From NCBI GenBank assembly GCA_013239625.1, contig MU054220.1, positions 372,001 through 436,000 of the forward strand: a DNA stretch of 64,000 nucleotides, written 5' to 3'. The stretch is from Lama guanicoe (Eukaryota). The notes under the pieces were generated by a model, which ran no database searches, was not told the origin of the DNA, and was given only the letters and a program-made list of their open reading frames with translations. A program made the position numbers and the translations under genes. The number at the start of each line of letters is the position of its first letter. The first letter of the stretch is position 1. Below are positions 23,752-38,232 of this stretch, piece after piece.

Positions 23752-25799
23752 TACAATGTTTTCACCTTAAAGTATTTATTTAGAGATTCTGAGAGTGAAA
23801 TGGCAGGTTTTTGACACAGATTCTTACAGTCTCACCAATAGACTTTCTAGATATTTTCCATTACTTATTTTTTTTGTGCCTAAACTGAGTATGGGGGTCA
23901 GTGATTTTTTTTTTTTAATCTTAATCTTTTCTCAAAACTAAGGAGGAGCAGCCATAGCTTTGTTTTGCTGTTTGGCACAGAAGGCCTGTGCACGTGTCCG
24001 CTCACCCTGTGCGTGTTCCTTCACGACACTCAGAACTGCACGAGTAAGAAATAAATAAATCAGAATAAATGAAAAGCAAAACATCATGCCCCCAATTCCA
24101 AGTTCCGTAAGTGCGAGGCCCCTGCTTATCTTGTTCACTAGTATTTCTCATTTGTTGTTTAAAATGCTTGATGTCAGTATGCCATTCAGAGATATTTAGT
24201 GAATAAATCAACATGCCCCTTGCAAACTGATGCAAAAGGAAACATTGTCTATTTTTGAAATAAAATAATTCCCTTTATCCTATTTTATCCCAGAACATCC
24301 ATCCTAGACAAAATCCCTCTATGCTTCTGTCTTTTGGCTTAGGCTGAGTAAGTACCAGCGGCAGGGGTTGTTGGATGTAGGGAGTTTCTTGGATCCTCTG
24401 TTTCTCATCATTCTGCCCAAGTTGCATCAGCAGGCAACCCCAGGATCAGCAGCTCAGCATTTAGATTGCACCTCACAGTCTTCGCATCAGCCTGTGGAAG
24501 TTCCTTTTCGCCCTCACTCCAGAGAACAGACACGGTGCTGCTGACACCAGCCCAGAAGCTGCGTGAATGACAGTTGAAGGTTATGTACCTAGACCTTCTC
24601 TAAAAGCCACTAGAAATGAAGATTCCATCTTCTTTGGTGTGCTAATAGCACTGTACTTATTAAAATTTAAAAAAAATGAAATGCACAATTGATATACTTT
24701 GAGTTGTATAGGAATAGTTATTAACAAAAATATATATTCAAAGGGAAAAAGAAGTCATATTTACATTCATATTCTGTTTGTGAATAATTGTATTCACTCT
24801 CTGTGTATCTGTCAAATAAATGGGAACAGTATTCTAAACACAATTTTAATAGTGGTCATTTCCTAGTAGCTGGATATCAAGTAACCTTCACTATACGTAA
24901 TTAACTTACGTTAATTGCTTATGCTGTTCTCACTGTAATAAATTAGTGATTAATCCATTTCTGACAAACACAGCACTAGATCAGGTTGTCAAAACTATAC
25001 TTTTTATTTTATGTTGTCAACAAAGGAACATGGAGGCAGTCTTTCCTGGTTCTAGGAGGACAGCGAAATGAGTTATACATGGTTTTCAATGTTGCTTCTT
25101 AATTATATACATGCCTTTAGACATAATATGTGCTGAATGTTATGTACTTCAAAACATTTTGAAAATGAAACAACACATAAAACATGCAGTTTTTAGCATG
25201 AGGAGAAATCCTGTCTTTCTGTTAACTCTCAGGTGAGGTTTCTGAATAAACAGGAAATTATCTGGAGTCCTCAAGAGAATAAACTTGTGACACAGGAAAA
25301 TGGGACACAGAAGAATGGCCACTTTCCAGGTCCCAGGAGAGTCCCTGGGCTGCACCCTAACAAGTGAGGGTCCTTGGCTTCATTCAGGAAATAATTCAGA
25401 GCGAGCCATAGTTGAGTAAAAGTAGATTATGTGGCTGGAGAAAGAAAATTACACAAGTTAATGGAAAAAAAAAAAGAGCATTTAGCATAGCGATTGAAAA
25501 ATTGTTATATTCCTAAGTGAGAAAATGAAGGAGGTTTGTTTCAGAAACAAAAGAACAGGATAGAAATACTTAAGGATAAACAATAATTAGATACAATAAT
25601 TTTTATTTAATAAATGCATTAATTTCAAAAAGTTTACAGAAGAAATAATAGCAGGTGAAATTACTAAGTGGAGGGGCCATCTGAGTTTCGTCAGATGTCT
25701 GATTTGACTGGAGGAAGGGGGTGTAGACTATGAGTAACAATGAATCGTGCTTTACACAGCATTTTCCCTTCCTGATGTTAATCAATTTGGTGCAAGTGT

Positions 25800-26020
25800 G
25801 AAGAATTAAAAGTTCAGCCTTTGCTGGAGTTACTACAAGAGTCACAGGGGAAAATACCAAACTAGAAATCTAATTAATCATGTTTGCGTAACACAGAAGT
25901 GTGAGGTCAGAGGCTTTAGAAATTTAAGTCCCAAATGTCACTACATAAAAATAAAATGTGATCTGTCTAAATCCATCTACGGGAGCCAAGAACAGAGAGC
26001 TCTGCTCATCACAGGTACGT
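25800..26020 (+). promoter_or_regulatory. Putative P2 promoter and first exon of the OR at 27296
   Basis: TCACAGGGGA, CTAATTAAT, AATTTAAGT, donor CAG|GTACGT at 26015; present in three paralogous copies. Confidence 0.6.
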
Positions 26021-27295
26021 TTCTGAGCTGTCAAATGTAAAGAGTGAAAAATAAAACCTTTACATTTTGAAAAATAAGGAATCAAATATTTAGAAAATTG
26101 CAAGTGAAGATTTTATTGACTTCCTTTGGGTAGTCATCTGCAACCTAGTGGCAAAAATTACATTTCTCATCAAAGCAGGGTAAATCAGATCCATTCTGAT
26201 TAGCAAATGAACAGTTTTGCTTACTTATATCTTAATCAAATTTAAGGAAAAAATGGGATTTTAAAAATCTCTGTGAAAGGGTATATGCAAATATAAGACT
26301 TTTTTTCTAATTTTTTAACCAATAAAAATTGACGTATCACAATACAAATAAAAATTTGTGTAAATTCAAACCCATATGAACCATGTATCATATTTACTGA
26401 GGTCTAATACAAAATCAGACCATCATTCATATTCCAATTCTTATACATTGACAGAGAGTCCTGGTGCACATCCACACACACACGCACACACACACAGAAG
26501 CTTATATCAGAGATGTGTTCATTAATCCAGTTCCCCTCTCTGTGTTTTTAATGAACAAGTCAGGTTAAAATCCTAAAGGGCTGTAAATGCATTATTTAAA
26601 TTCTGTTGTTTCCACTTGTTTTCAGCATTTCTTTTTATCTGGTCAAGAGGCATATCCTTTGGCACCAGACCACTCTTGAATGTAAGTAATAATCATTTGG
26701 CCATGCAGTAAAATAGTAGAGAAAATTTCACTAAAATATAGCTAATGTCTCAGTAAAACATTAAAACGTAGACCAAAAACAGTAATACCATATTGTTCAT
26801 TATTTTTAAACCAGAGATAAGTTCATTGTGTTTTTAATATACAGTAATAAATAAATTATGATTCTTAAGAATTGAGTAAGGATATGAATTTTTATGTTTA
26901 ATTGGGGATAAATATTTTTAAAATATGAGGCTGAATATTCCAGCTTTGTCTTTAATTTAGGTGTTACTTTTGTATTATATTTGACCTGTAATGAGCTTTC
27001 AGTTATGATTCATGGCTGAGATAAAGCAGTGGCGTTTCACACAATCCATACACATCATGGATGACATTCAAATTTAGAGGCAAGCGCTCTCAAAATCCTA
27101 TCCCAGACACTAACTCTTTCCAGCTAAATAGCAATGAAATTTGTATGGGCAATTTTCTGAGAATAAAGTATTTAATGTACTGAAATAAATTATATCTGAC
27201 TTACAGATTATATTTTGTGTCAAAAAGAGAAAAAACTTGGATCTATTATTTTCTTGATCATTTCTGGAGCATTTTTAGAAGGAAAATAAAGAAGA

Positions 27296-28231
27296 ATGGA
27301 TGGGGGAAATCGCTCTTCCTTGAATGAATTCCTTCTCTTAGGAATTAGCAATCACCCTGTGATCAAAGTGACTCTGTTTGCTGCCTTTCTACTTGTTTAT
27401 CTCATTATTCTTGTTGCAAATCTTGGGATGATCATTTTAATAAGAATGGACTCCCAGCTTCACGTGCCAATGTACTTTTTCCTCAGCCACGTCTCCTTCA
27501 GTGACCTCTGCTATTCCACAGCAATTGGGCCCAAGATGCTGGTGGACCTATTTGCCAAGAACAAATCCATCCCCTTCTATGGCTGTGCCCTGCAGTTACT
27601 GGTCTTCTGTACCTTTGCAGATTCTGAGTGCCTCCTGCTGGCCGTGATGGCCTATGACCGGTACAAGGCCATCAGCAACCCCCTGCTCTACACAGTCAGC
27701 ATGTCCGGCAGCGTGTGCTCCCTGCTCGTGGTGGGGGTGTACCTGGTGGGGATGGCGGATGCTTCTATAAATACAATATTAACATTCCGCTTATGTTTCT
27801 GTGGGTCCAATGAGATTAACCATTTCTTCTGCGATGTCCCGCCTCTGCTTTTGCTCTCTTGCTCAGACACACAGGTTAATGAGCTGGTGATATTTATCAT
27901 TTTCGGCTGCATTGAACTGATCACCCTCTCAGGTCTTTTTGTGTCTTATTGTTATATCATCCTAGCAGTGCTGAGGATGCGCTCAGCTGAGGGGAGGCTC
28001 AAAGCTTTCTCCACCTGCTCCTCCCACCTAACTGCTGTGGCCATTTTCCAGGGGACTCTTCTCTTCATGTATTTCCGGCCGAGCTCTTCCTACTCTCTGG
28101 ATCAAGACAAAATGACATCACTCTTTTACACCCTTGTGATTCCCATGTTAAACCCTCTGATTTACAGCCTTCGGAACAAGGATGTGAAAGAGGCTTTGAA
28201 GAAACTTAAAAATAAAAAGCGGTTCCATTGA
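27296..28231 (+). CDS. OR5W2: Olfactory receptor 5W2-like (311 aa)
   Basis: [45 protein letters not shown]; full set of 7TM OR motifs. Confidence 0.92.
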   Translation: MDGGNRSSLNEFLLLGISNHPVIKVTLFAAFLLVYLIILVANLGMIILIRMDSQLHVPMYFFLSHVSFSDLCYSTAIGPKMLVDLFAKNKSIPFYGCALQLLVFCTFADSECLLLAVMAYDRYKAISNPLLYTVSMSGSVCSLLVVGVYLVGMADASINTILTFRLCFCGSNEINHFFCDVPPLLLLSCSDTQVNELVIFIIFGCIELITLSGLFVSYCYIILAVLRMRSAEGRLKAFSTCSSHLTAVAIFQGTLLFMYFRPSSSYSLDQDKMTSLFYTLVIPMLNPLIYSLRNKDVKEALKKLKNKKRFH

Positions 28232-28900
28232 AAATTTATATGTATATGTTTTTCCCCCAGTCTTACACCGTAATTCATGGAAATCAAAACTGCTTCCACT
28301 ACCATGGTGTGATCCAGGAACTATGCCCTGTTCCAGCCATGGCAAAATGTGTCATTCCCAAGAGGCCACGTGCTTCATTTTAGGTCTTAATTTATAGCTG
28401 ATACTCATTATTTATGGAAAAGTTTTGGACTCTAAGTTTCCCAAAATTGTTTTTCTTCAATCTTCATATGTGCATTCATTAATTTTTCTGAAAGTTACTG
28501 AGTATTTTCTAAGGTCTTGTTGCACTTCTATGTACTCTGTGTTTCATGGGGAGTCCATCTGTTTTTATACTAATTAACCTTGTTATCCAACAGAAGTGAC
28601 AAATATTGATTATTCTAGTGGCATAGCCTGTGGCAGACTGGAAACATCAGAGTAGGCCAGACGAACAAACTTACAAAACTGTCTTAGGCTGTGCACAAAA
28701 CATTAAAAAAAAAAACACCAAAACTCAGTCTTCCTTCCCCAGCACTGACTGAGTCAATAGGACAGTGAAGACAGAGACAATTCTGGCTGAACAACCTCGA
28801 GCTGGGCCTTTCACAGAGATTCCCAGCAGGAAATCCACCCACCCACAGAGGGGCTGAAAGAAATCTAGGCATTATGATTTGGCCATTGTCTAAAACATCA

Positions 28901-29592
28901 GTTTTAGATTCCACACATAAGTGATATCATGTGATATTTGTCTTTCTCTGTCTGACTTATTTCACTTAGAATGATAATCTCTAGATCCATCCATGTTGCT
29001 ACAAATGCCTTTATTTCATTGCTTTTTATGGCTGAGTAATATTCCCATATATGCCACATCTTCTTTATCCAGTCATCTGTCGATGGACATTTAGGCTGCT
29101 TCTATGTGTTGGCTATTGTAAACAGTGCTGCTAAGGACACTGAGATGCATGTGTCTTTTCAAGTCAGACTCTTCTCCAGCCACTTGTCCAGGGGCGGGAT
29201 TCCTGGATCATATGGTAAGTCTCTTTTCAGTTTCTCAAGGACACTATACTATTCTCCATAGCGGCTGCACCAGTTCACACTCCAGCCACCAGCAGTGTAG
29301 GGCTCCCTTCTCGCCACACCCTCTCCAGAGTTTATTATTATTTGTAGGTTTTTGAATGATGGCCATTCTGACTGGTGTGAGGTGGTACCTCATTGTGGTT
29401 TTGACTTGTGTTTCTCTAATAGTTAGTGATGTGGAGCATCTTTCATGTGCCTGTTAGCCGTCTGTGTGTCTTCTCTGGAGAAATGTCTTTTTAGACTTTC
29501 TGCCCATTTTTTGATTGAGCTGTTTGTTGTTTGTTTTTTTTTTGTTTGTTTGTTTTGTTCTGATATTGAGCTGTCTGAGCTGTCTGTACATT
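28901..29592 (-). mobile_element. L1 fragment (end of ORF2 and 3' UTR)
   Basis: TTTTAGATTCCACACATAAGTGATATCAT...GGCCATTCTGACTGGTGTGAGGTGGTACCTCATTGTGGTTTTGA. Confidence 0.92.
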
Positions 29593-32500
29593 TATTAGTG
29601 AACTCTATAATATAGTGGAAATAAGAAACATTAGTTAACTAATCTTACTAATAATTATAATAAACTAAATCACCAAAACAAAAAAGCAGGATACTCTAAA
29701 TGGACGCAAAAGGTCTCTGTTTAGAGTGCAGAGAAGAAAAGATTCTTTGGAATTCAGCTTCAGATCTAAATGATGAATAGAGATGCAATGGATGGTGAGG
29801 AGAAGAAGGGTGTAAATTAGAGACTGGAGGGCAATCCCATCATAGAGGATACGAAGTCCAAGATGAGGATAAAAGAGCACCTGATGAAGTACATCTTTCT
29901 CTGAAACTCTGTCACTTCCATTTCTCTCTCCTTCCCTTCTTTCTCCTTCTCAGTCCTCATTAAATGTCCCTTATTGTGAATTATACATAATACTCTCCTC
30001 ACGGCATTATTTTATCTCTCACTCAGTTGAGTAAAGCATTGCTTCAGTGTGAGACTTGGTGCATTCTTTGCTCAAAGACCAAGTGTTCTATTTCTGTTAT
30101 CCCAGTACCTACATCATGTCTGGGATGCAAATGGGAAAAAAGAAATAAATAATAAAAATCAACATACCAAATAACATTTTTGAATGCACAACAGATGTCA
30201 CTGAAACCATAATTAAATGAACTTATGACATGTGCCTGCATGTACATAGTTATACATATGTGTGTGTGCGTGTATGTATATATATATATATAGATAGTAA
30301 GGTAATGCATCTATAAAGATATTTATGTTTATTACTCATAAAGTGAAAATTATCCATCTGCATACTTTCTTGATGTGCTCTGCTTCATCTGGCTTTGTCA
30401 GGTTTTTCTGATGACAAAGCATGTGAACATGGACATGGACATATAAATGAAGGACCGTGCAAGACTCAGTGACATCCTTATTACCCATTAGAATTTCACC
30501 TCTTTAGTGATTTTAAACATCCTGTGTGAAATCGTGTCAGAATGGATGTAAAACCCAAGACACTTCTTGCTACCGATGGTGGCATTTATGGGAAACAAGT
30601 GACAAATTAGGGGTAAATACAGGGTTGGGAAAAATTATGGGGAATACGTCTTTTAAAAATATGCTAATATTTTCCATCTGCATCACCTTTTGTCAGTTTA
30701 CCCATAGTCTTGTTAATATTTCTTAATAGCTCAGTACGGCAGAAAAAAGTGTTTGAAATATATTAAAGTCCAAACAAATCATACAATTTTCATAGAATAT
30801 TTAATTAAGTTATTATTCCTTATGTTAGGAGAAATGCCTAGCTTAGAGAACAGAGATGTTTTTAGCAACTCATAGGTGCTCCTTTTCTTGTTTCCTGCAA
30901 CAGGAAGACACAGTAAACCTAATTTTCCCTGGCAGCATTAACGTGCACTAAACGTATATGACAACAGCTCATGCCTCAGGGCCACACAACCATTTTCTAG
31001 CAGAAGGCATTCCTAAGTACAGCTGCCTCGGTGGTATCATATTTACATGAACCAGAGATACCAGGAAGTCCTACACATAGAGATTTTTTTCACTTGCTTT
31101 TCTCTATCATCTTAAAACCCACCTTATGTCTTCCTTTCATAGTTAAAGCCATTCTCATTAACACGCAAACCTTTTGGGAAGTAATTTATTATCCAATTTT
31201 CAGTAATATATTGCTCCTCATTTTTTGGATTTGATGGGGGTGGGAGTTAGACTAAATGGTCCCCAGGGGCATCCATGCTTATGAAGTTAGGTTTGGATCC
31301 AAACCAAATAGTGTAGCTTGAGGAAGTTGGGCATCCCTGGAGACAGGGACATATCTGAAGGAAAAGTGAGTCAGGAAAGGAATCAGAGGATGGGGACCAA
31401 GGATACCACTGCCTCCTTCAAATATGCCGTAGCAGTAGAGAACGGAAGTAAAACTCTTAATTACAACAAATATATAACTTTCTTATGTGTACCTGATGGA
31501 TAATTACTAGCAAATTCTTAGTGGCTTGAAAATTGCCCCAACGTCTCCTGCAGGAATGCACTTGATGTTTCAGTACTGGGACCATGACTCAAAGAACAGC
31601 AACACATTATGAAAAGGCAGTAACAGTTGTCACTAAAGTCACTTCTCCCAAAATCATAAACATATTAATTTCATTGAGTTTTGCCTGAAGAATAATCTAG
31701 CTGTATAAAAAGCAAGAGGCAGCTGCATAACAACAAACAACAAAAAGTCAACAAAAATAACTTCAAAAATCTAAGTCCCTGTTTACTCTAGGCCAAGTTT
31801 CAGAAGAAACAGGAGACCATCCGGAGTACTGGAGTGCCTAAACCCGGCATGTCTTGTACATCTTACTTTTCTTGTTTGTTTGAGCAAGTTTAGCATTTCT
31901 ATGACGACTAGGTGCATTAAGACTCAAGATGTATGGCTGATATGTGATTATTGCACATTTTTGGGGAAAACGTTTATCAACTGCAGGCATTTAAGGAACA
32001 CGTGGCACCTGCACTTACAAGTTTACAGCTGTGATTCACACACATGCTAAAATATTGCTCAATAAATGGACAGGGCAGATATTATTTCCTAAACTGCCAG
32101 GTTGCACGATGACAAAGAGCCCCGATTTCCTTATTTTCTATATGATTTCTGAAACTGGGCAATGCAGCCTCCCCCTCCACACATCACTCTCCACACCAGC
32201 GTTAATTGTGTACAAGTGTCCAGGTGACATAAATAAAACAGATCACCTCCCAATGAGACTCCCTTCCTCTTGGCTCCCCTCTGCCATCAGTCACGTTGGG
32301 ACCCCACGCTGGCTTAGAAATGGGACTTGGGTGGCCTCTCAGTCCTCTCGGAAGTCTAGGCGTCCACAGGTCCCTGATTTTGTGTGTCTTCAGTTGTTAC
32401 TTTACATAGTCCAACATCCTATAAGAATATTTAAGGGAGTTATCTTTTAAGACAAATTTGTTTCAATAAAGTCAGTAAAGCTTAATGTCTATGAGACCCT

Positions 32501-33254
32501 GGAATTTTACTTATCATCTGTGGGTCTCAATTTCTATAACAAACACAAGATTATTAGAGACAATTCAGGACATCTATGATTATATACATATATATAATAC
32601 ATGATAGCATGTGGTCATAATTTGATAAACATCGTATTGTATGAAACATCATATGGTGAAAAGGCCAAAATTGCATTTGTTTAGGTAAATCTCTTCTTTT
32701 AAAGGTCATTTATGGAATTTATTTTAAAGATATAATAAATGATGTAAGTATAATTGTACTCACATCAGCATTTTATGATATGAAGTATTGCATATAAACC
32801 AATGGCCTTTGGCGGGTATGCTTAATACTTGTTTATATGCACAAAGCATATTTATTCTGACATCATTTTGTTTAAAAATTAAAAATGCAAAAATATAGAT
32901 AACAGAATATGGTTACCCATAGGCATTGTGATTCAGGACTATTTTTTTTTTGCTCTATTTACAAAAATCTTTTCCTTGTGAATATGCTTAATAGGAAAGA
33001 GTTTGTATATGTGGGACTGTGTCCTTGTGTGAAAGTGATTGGGTGTGGCTCTTTGTTGTTGTTGTAAATTATAGAATTAAAAACAAACTGCCTATATGTA
33101 GTTTGGTGAAGGGACGTAAGGAATGCTGGTTTCCTGGAGACACTTTATTATTGCTAAATACGTAGAACATTGGGCAAAAAACAGAGAGAAACAAAAGAAA
33201 AGAAAAAAAAGTAAAGACCTGTTTTCATTCTCAATCACCTTACCTGCATGAATA

Positions 33255-33347
33255 TCAGATGATAAACCACATTATTGTTTTTGTCACTTATTCCTGAGAG
33301 ACGAAGTTTTCAACCCCGGGGGAGCAGACGCAGAGAGGGTTATAAAA
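33255..33347 (+). promoter_or_regulatory. Putative P1 promoter of the OR at 35253
   Basis: TTCCTGAGAGA, CCCCGGGGGAG, TATAAAA at 33341; paralog of 20920-21012. Confidence 0.6.
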
Positions 33348-34909
33348 CCCAGGCCAGTCCGGAGACGAGGCCAGATCCTCCTGCAGACGGAACCGCACGT
33401 AACAGACACGGTCTAGACTGGGCACTGGTATCTCTGGCTGTTTCTCTGATTTGTAATTTAGATGCCATTAGTTCTTTTATCCCTTTTTTCAGCTGAAAGC
33501 ATGTTGTAAAACTACAGAGGTTGTGCAACATTATATAAACCTTTATTTTAATTATATTCATCAATCTGTTTGTTTAAATACACACCTATATAGGTAACAA
33601 GGAATATAATAAAATGCACGTGTGGATTGTAGAGGTGGTTGGCATTTTTACTGTTTGAAATCTTTTACCTGTATTTCTATATAGTTTGTAAAATGTTTTC
33701 ATTTGTACAGGAATTTGTTTTCAATTATGTGTTTACAGGGACAGATATTTAAATGAGTTTAAGCCAAGGGTGTGGAGAGCGGCACGTTGGTCACTGGACT
33801 GTTACTCAGATTTTCATTTCCAGTCCCTCAGCTACCTTGTCTTCCCACAGAGCAGAGGAGGTCACGTACGATACAACATATGATACACTTGCTTTGGATT
33901 AAAATATAAGAGTGGGTCCCAGAATCCAAATGACCTCCCAAGAACCACCCGTTCTTTTAAATTCAAAGGAGGCAGATTTCAGAGATACCAAGGCGAAACT
34001 GGGTTGAATGAAAACAGTAAACCTATCACATTACTAGGGACTGAAACAAAAGCAAAGTCAAACACGAAGCTTTCTGAGTTTGGGGGACTGTGGGCTTAAG
34101 ATTGCTTTTATATTGTGTTTTATACACCTGATCACGGGGATTCCAGTAGATTAAGGCAGAGTGACTCACACTCCCTTTTTTCCTCTTTCTTACCAGCATC
34201 CCCACAGTTAGGTCCCAAACGGTCTTCATAATCTCCCTGAAAACAGCAAACACCAAAGCCAGCATGATGGGCTCTGGCACACGCCTGCCTGTGCACTCCA
34301 AAGTGTAGGCACTGTGGAGACCCTTCCACCTTACTATCCAACAACTGCCGCCCTCCCCACCCCAGGGGGTCCTGGATGACATATATCTCTATCCTATGCT
34401 GATTGAGGCTCTGTTGGTTCAGAGGGGCTCACAGGGAAGAGGGGAATGTTACATCCAGCAACCTGCCAGAGCTCTGTCTGCACAGTTTTAGATGATGAGG
34501 AGATAACAAAGGAATATATTCAATACTATGTCTCTTACGCACTTATGTTTTTCTATATACAAGATATAATAACATTTTTGAAAAAAACAAAACAAAACAC
34601 AACTAGCATCAATCTTGTCAGAAGACTTGGTTTATCTGGACCAACTAATAGTAAGAACTTATTTCCTTGACTCTGAGGACATCAATATCTTAATATTACA
34701 TAAAAATAAGAAGAATTATCTTAAATACATTGTAGACTGGTATGGAAACAGCGGGATATTATTTAGATGAAATTGTGTTAGAAAAAACGTATGGTATTAG
34801 ACAAATGCATGTGACATTATGATCATTTTATCAATTTATTTTAAATTGGATGTATTTCCCAAAAAGCCAGCTAACCTCAGGCAGTCCTAGTGTTATTTAT
34901 CTCTTTTCT

Positions 34910-35120
34910 TTTTATTTCTAACATTTTTAATGCGTTATAGTCATTTTACAATGTTGTATCAAATTCCAATGTAGAGCACAATTTTTAAGTTATACATGAA
35001 CATATATATATACTATATATATATATTCATTGTCACATTTTTTCTCTGTGAGCTACCATAAGATCTTGTATATATTTCCCTGTGCTCTAGAGTATAATCT
35101 TGTTTAACAAGATAATAGAC
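34910..35120 (-). mobile_element. 5'-truncated L1 with 13-bp TSD
   Basis: TSD TTATCTCTTTTCT at 34897-34909 and 35121-35133; empty site in the paralog at ~22679-22690. Confidence 0.9.
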
Positions 35121-35252
35121 TTATCTCTTTTCTAATTACAGAAATGTAGAAAGGACTAGCAGTTGCACTCTGAAGATAGTAAGATGATGTTAACCCTCCA
35201 CTCCACCACCTCCATTTCCTCTACCCCAACCAGGGGTTCCCAGATCTGAGTC

Positions 35253-36191
35253 ATGGCTGCGGAGAACTGCTCTGTGTCTGCTGACTTCATGTTCCTAGGA
35301 CTTTCTGGCAGAAGAGACGTGCAGCAGGGGCTCTTCGTGCTCTTCCTGCTGGTTTACGGCATCACCGTGATGGCCAACCTAGGGATGATCCTGCTGATCA
35401 AGGTGGACCCCAGACTCCACACGCCCATGTATTATTTTCTGAGCAACCTGTCCTTCTGTGACATCTGCTACTCCTCCAATGTTTCTCCCAGGATGCTGGC
35501 TGATTTCCTATCTGAGCAAAAGAGGATTCCATACAATTTGTGTGCCATCCAGATGTTTTTCTTTGGAGCCCTTGCAGACGTGGAATGTCTCATGTTGGCT
35601 GTCATGGCTTATGACCGCTATGTAGCCATCTGCAACCCACTTCTGTACACAGTCACCATGTCCAGGAGATTCTGCACCCAGCTAATATCCATTGTCTACA
35701 TGGAAGGCTTGGTGGATTCGGCAATCCACACCTGTTTAACATTTCAATTGTCTTTCTGCCAGTCTAATATCATCAGTCACTTTTTCTGTGACATCCCACC
35801 CTTGCTAGCCCTCTCCTCCTCAGACACATCCACCAATGAGATAATGTTGTTCATTTCCAGTAGCTGTGTTGTGGGCTGCAGCATCATCACTGTCCTCCTC
35901 TCCTACGGCTACATCATAACCACCATCCTTAGGATGAACTCGGCACAGGGGAGGCGCAAGGCCTTCTCTACGTGTGCCTCCCACTTGACGGCGGTGGCCG
36001 TGTTTCACAGCACCCTCCTGTTCATGTACTTCCGACCCAGCTCCAGTTACTCCATGGACACGGACAAAATGGCCTCTGTTTTCTACACGGTTGTCATCCC
36101 CATGCTAAACCCGCTGATCTACAGCCTAAGGAACAAGGATGTGAAAGGTGCCCTGAAAAAAGCAATCAGCTCTAAATTATGTTCTGGGTGA
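35253..36191 (+). CDS. Olfactory receptor, family 5 (possibly OR5W1-type), 312 aa, copy B
   Basis: Full OR motifs; 16 amino acid differences from copy A at 22813. Confidence 0.95.
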   Translation: MAAENCSVSADFMFLGLSGRRDVQQGLFVLFLLVYGITVMANLGMILLIKVDPRLHTPMYYFLSNLSFCDICYSSNVSPRMLADFLSEQKRIPYNLCAIQMFFFGALADVECLMLAVMAYDRYVAICNPLLYTVTMSRRFCTQLISIVYMEGLVDSAIHTCLTFQLSFCQSNIISHFFCDIPPLLALSSSDTSTNEIMLFISSSCVVGCSIITVLLSYGYIITTILRMNSAQGRRKAFSTCASHLTAVAVFHSTLLFMYFRPSSSYSMDTDKMASVFYTVVIPMLNPLIYSLRNKDVKGALKKAISSKLCSG

Positions 36192-38232
36192 TAACAATGT
36201 TTTCACCCAAAAGTGCTTAAAGATCCGGAGATCTGAAGTTCAAGTGCTTTGATACAGATGCTTGCAGTCTCACCAGTACAACCTTCTGGATGTGCCCCAT
36301 TACTTACCCTTGTGTGTAAAGCGAGTGGTGAAAGCAGTTGTTACTGATCTTACTGCTCTCTCCAAGCTAATGAAGCGTAGTAACATGTTCACTGTGCTGT
36401 TTTGCAGAGTGTCTTTCTGTTTCTCTTTTCCCTGTTCCTGGGTTAGTCCTGTGAGATGTCCTGGGCACAGCGACCCCTCCACCTGCCACTTCAACTTACT
36501 CTCCTTAAATCTCCAGGTTCAATAAACTTGTTCAGCCAGAAGGGAGGTCAGTGGGTTAAATTAGGTTTGTTTGTATCCTTTTTATGTACCTATACCACCC
36601 TATAAATGTTCCATCATAACACTAAGAAGTACGTGATTTGTAAATAAATAAATAAGGCAAATAAGAAATCCCCCACAGGACTAAATACTCCATAGCAGCA
36701 CAGCCCTTTCTGTCTTGTTTACCATTATTCTTCTTTGTGATTTACAAGGCTTAACCTCAGAACGCAATTCAAAAATATTTATTGAATTAATGAGTGTAGC
36801 CTGAAAAAGTCATGCAAAATGGAGCCTTTGTAAACCCACCAAAAAAAAAAAAAAAACTCCAAAACAAAAAAACGAAAACCCCTCCATTCTTTAATTTCAT
36901 TCTAGCATGTTGTCTTTAAGTGAAATTCATCTGCGTGCTTTCTTTTGCCCTCTTCAGAAGTGGGTATCTGGAGCAAGGATTATCTGATGTAGACCTCTTC
37001 TCAGAGCAGTCCTCTTCATTCTGCCTCAGTTATATCAGCAACCGCCCCGTGATCGGCAGCTCCAGGTTTACATCCCACCTCACAGTGCACGTCAGCCCGT
37101 GGACTCCCCTTCTGGTCCTCACTATGGAGATGTGATTGACAGCTGTACAGAAACTGCATGAATGGCAGCTGGGTGTTAGGGACCTGGACCTTCTGCAAAG
37201 GTCACTGGAGAGGACTCAACTCCGCGATGGGTTCATGGCATTATATTCATTACAATTTAAAAATAAATAAACTGAAATGCCCCCATTGACATAGTTTAAA
37301 TTGTAAAGATGGACTTATTAACAAAAATATATCTCCTTTGGGAAAAAAAGAAAGAAGAAAGTAGCACTTATATTAGTGTGTCATATGTAATGCTTTATAT
37401 TGGGTCTATATGTATCTGTGACCTAAATTAGAATTGTATTCTAAATAAAATTTTAATAATAGTCATTGCTGTTGTGCTGAATAGTTGAATTAGTTAATCT
37501 TGTAATCGTTTCCAAAAGCTTAATGAATTGCATATGTTGCTTTCCCCTGTTTTCAATTAGTTATGAATCCCCAGTTGTGAAAAACATAACACAATTTCAG
37601 TTTCTCAAAAGGATTTATTTTCTCTTAGGTTGTTGCCATGGAGGGAAGGGGGAGGTACCCTTCTCGGTTCCAGGAGGAGAGAGTAATGGCTTATTCAGGG
37701 TTTATCATTCAGATCCTCTTCCTTAATTTTCAATAGTCCCTTCATTGTATAAAATGTGCTGTAGTCAAAACATCATAGGAAGGAAACAACATACTAAATA
37801 TATGCAATTTTCAGCAGGTTATCTGTGTTGCATGATGGATTAAACTGAATTTTACATAAAAATATTCCATTACTTCTTAAATATATCTCTTCAGTTTTCT
37901 TTTATAATCTTCATTTTTGTTTTGGTTCATAGAATATATCACATATCAGGAACCCTCAATCAGTGTCCATGCCTCTTCCCAACCCACTGTACTTTATTAA
38001 AAACATATTAAAATATTCATATCTATGCAAATTAAACCCATTCATATTATGTAAAATTAGTGTCACTGGCCATATATGTCTAATGAAAAAATACATTTCC
38101 CCTTTCTATTTCTTTATGTTTTTATTTCAAGATTTTGATTTAATTGTCTTTATACATAGTCAGGAAACCCAGGGTTTTTGTTTTATCTTCATTTTAAGAA
38201 ATAAAAAAGATGGAAGAGGGTTTAAGATAATA

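Larger units (their letters stand above)
18340..25200 (+). repeat. Ancient tandem duplication unit, paralogous to ~30730-37815 (period ~12.4 kb)
   Basis: Colinear diverged blocks, e.g. AGAACAGAGATGTTT, TTTTGCCTGAAGA, CTCCCCTCTGCCATCAG and GGACAGATATTTAAATGA, plus the OR CDS and 3' flank. Confidence 0.9.
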
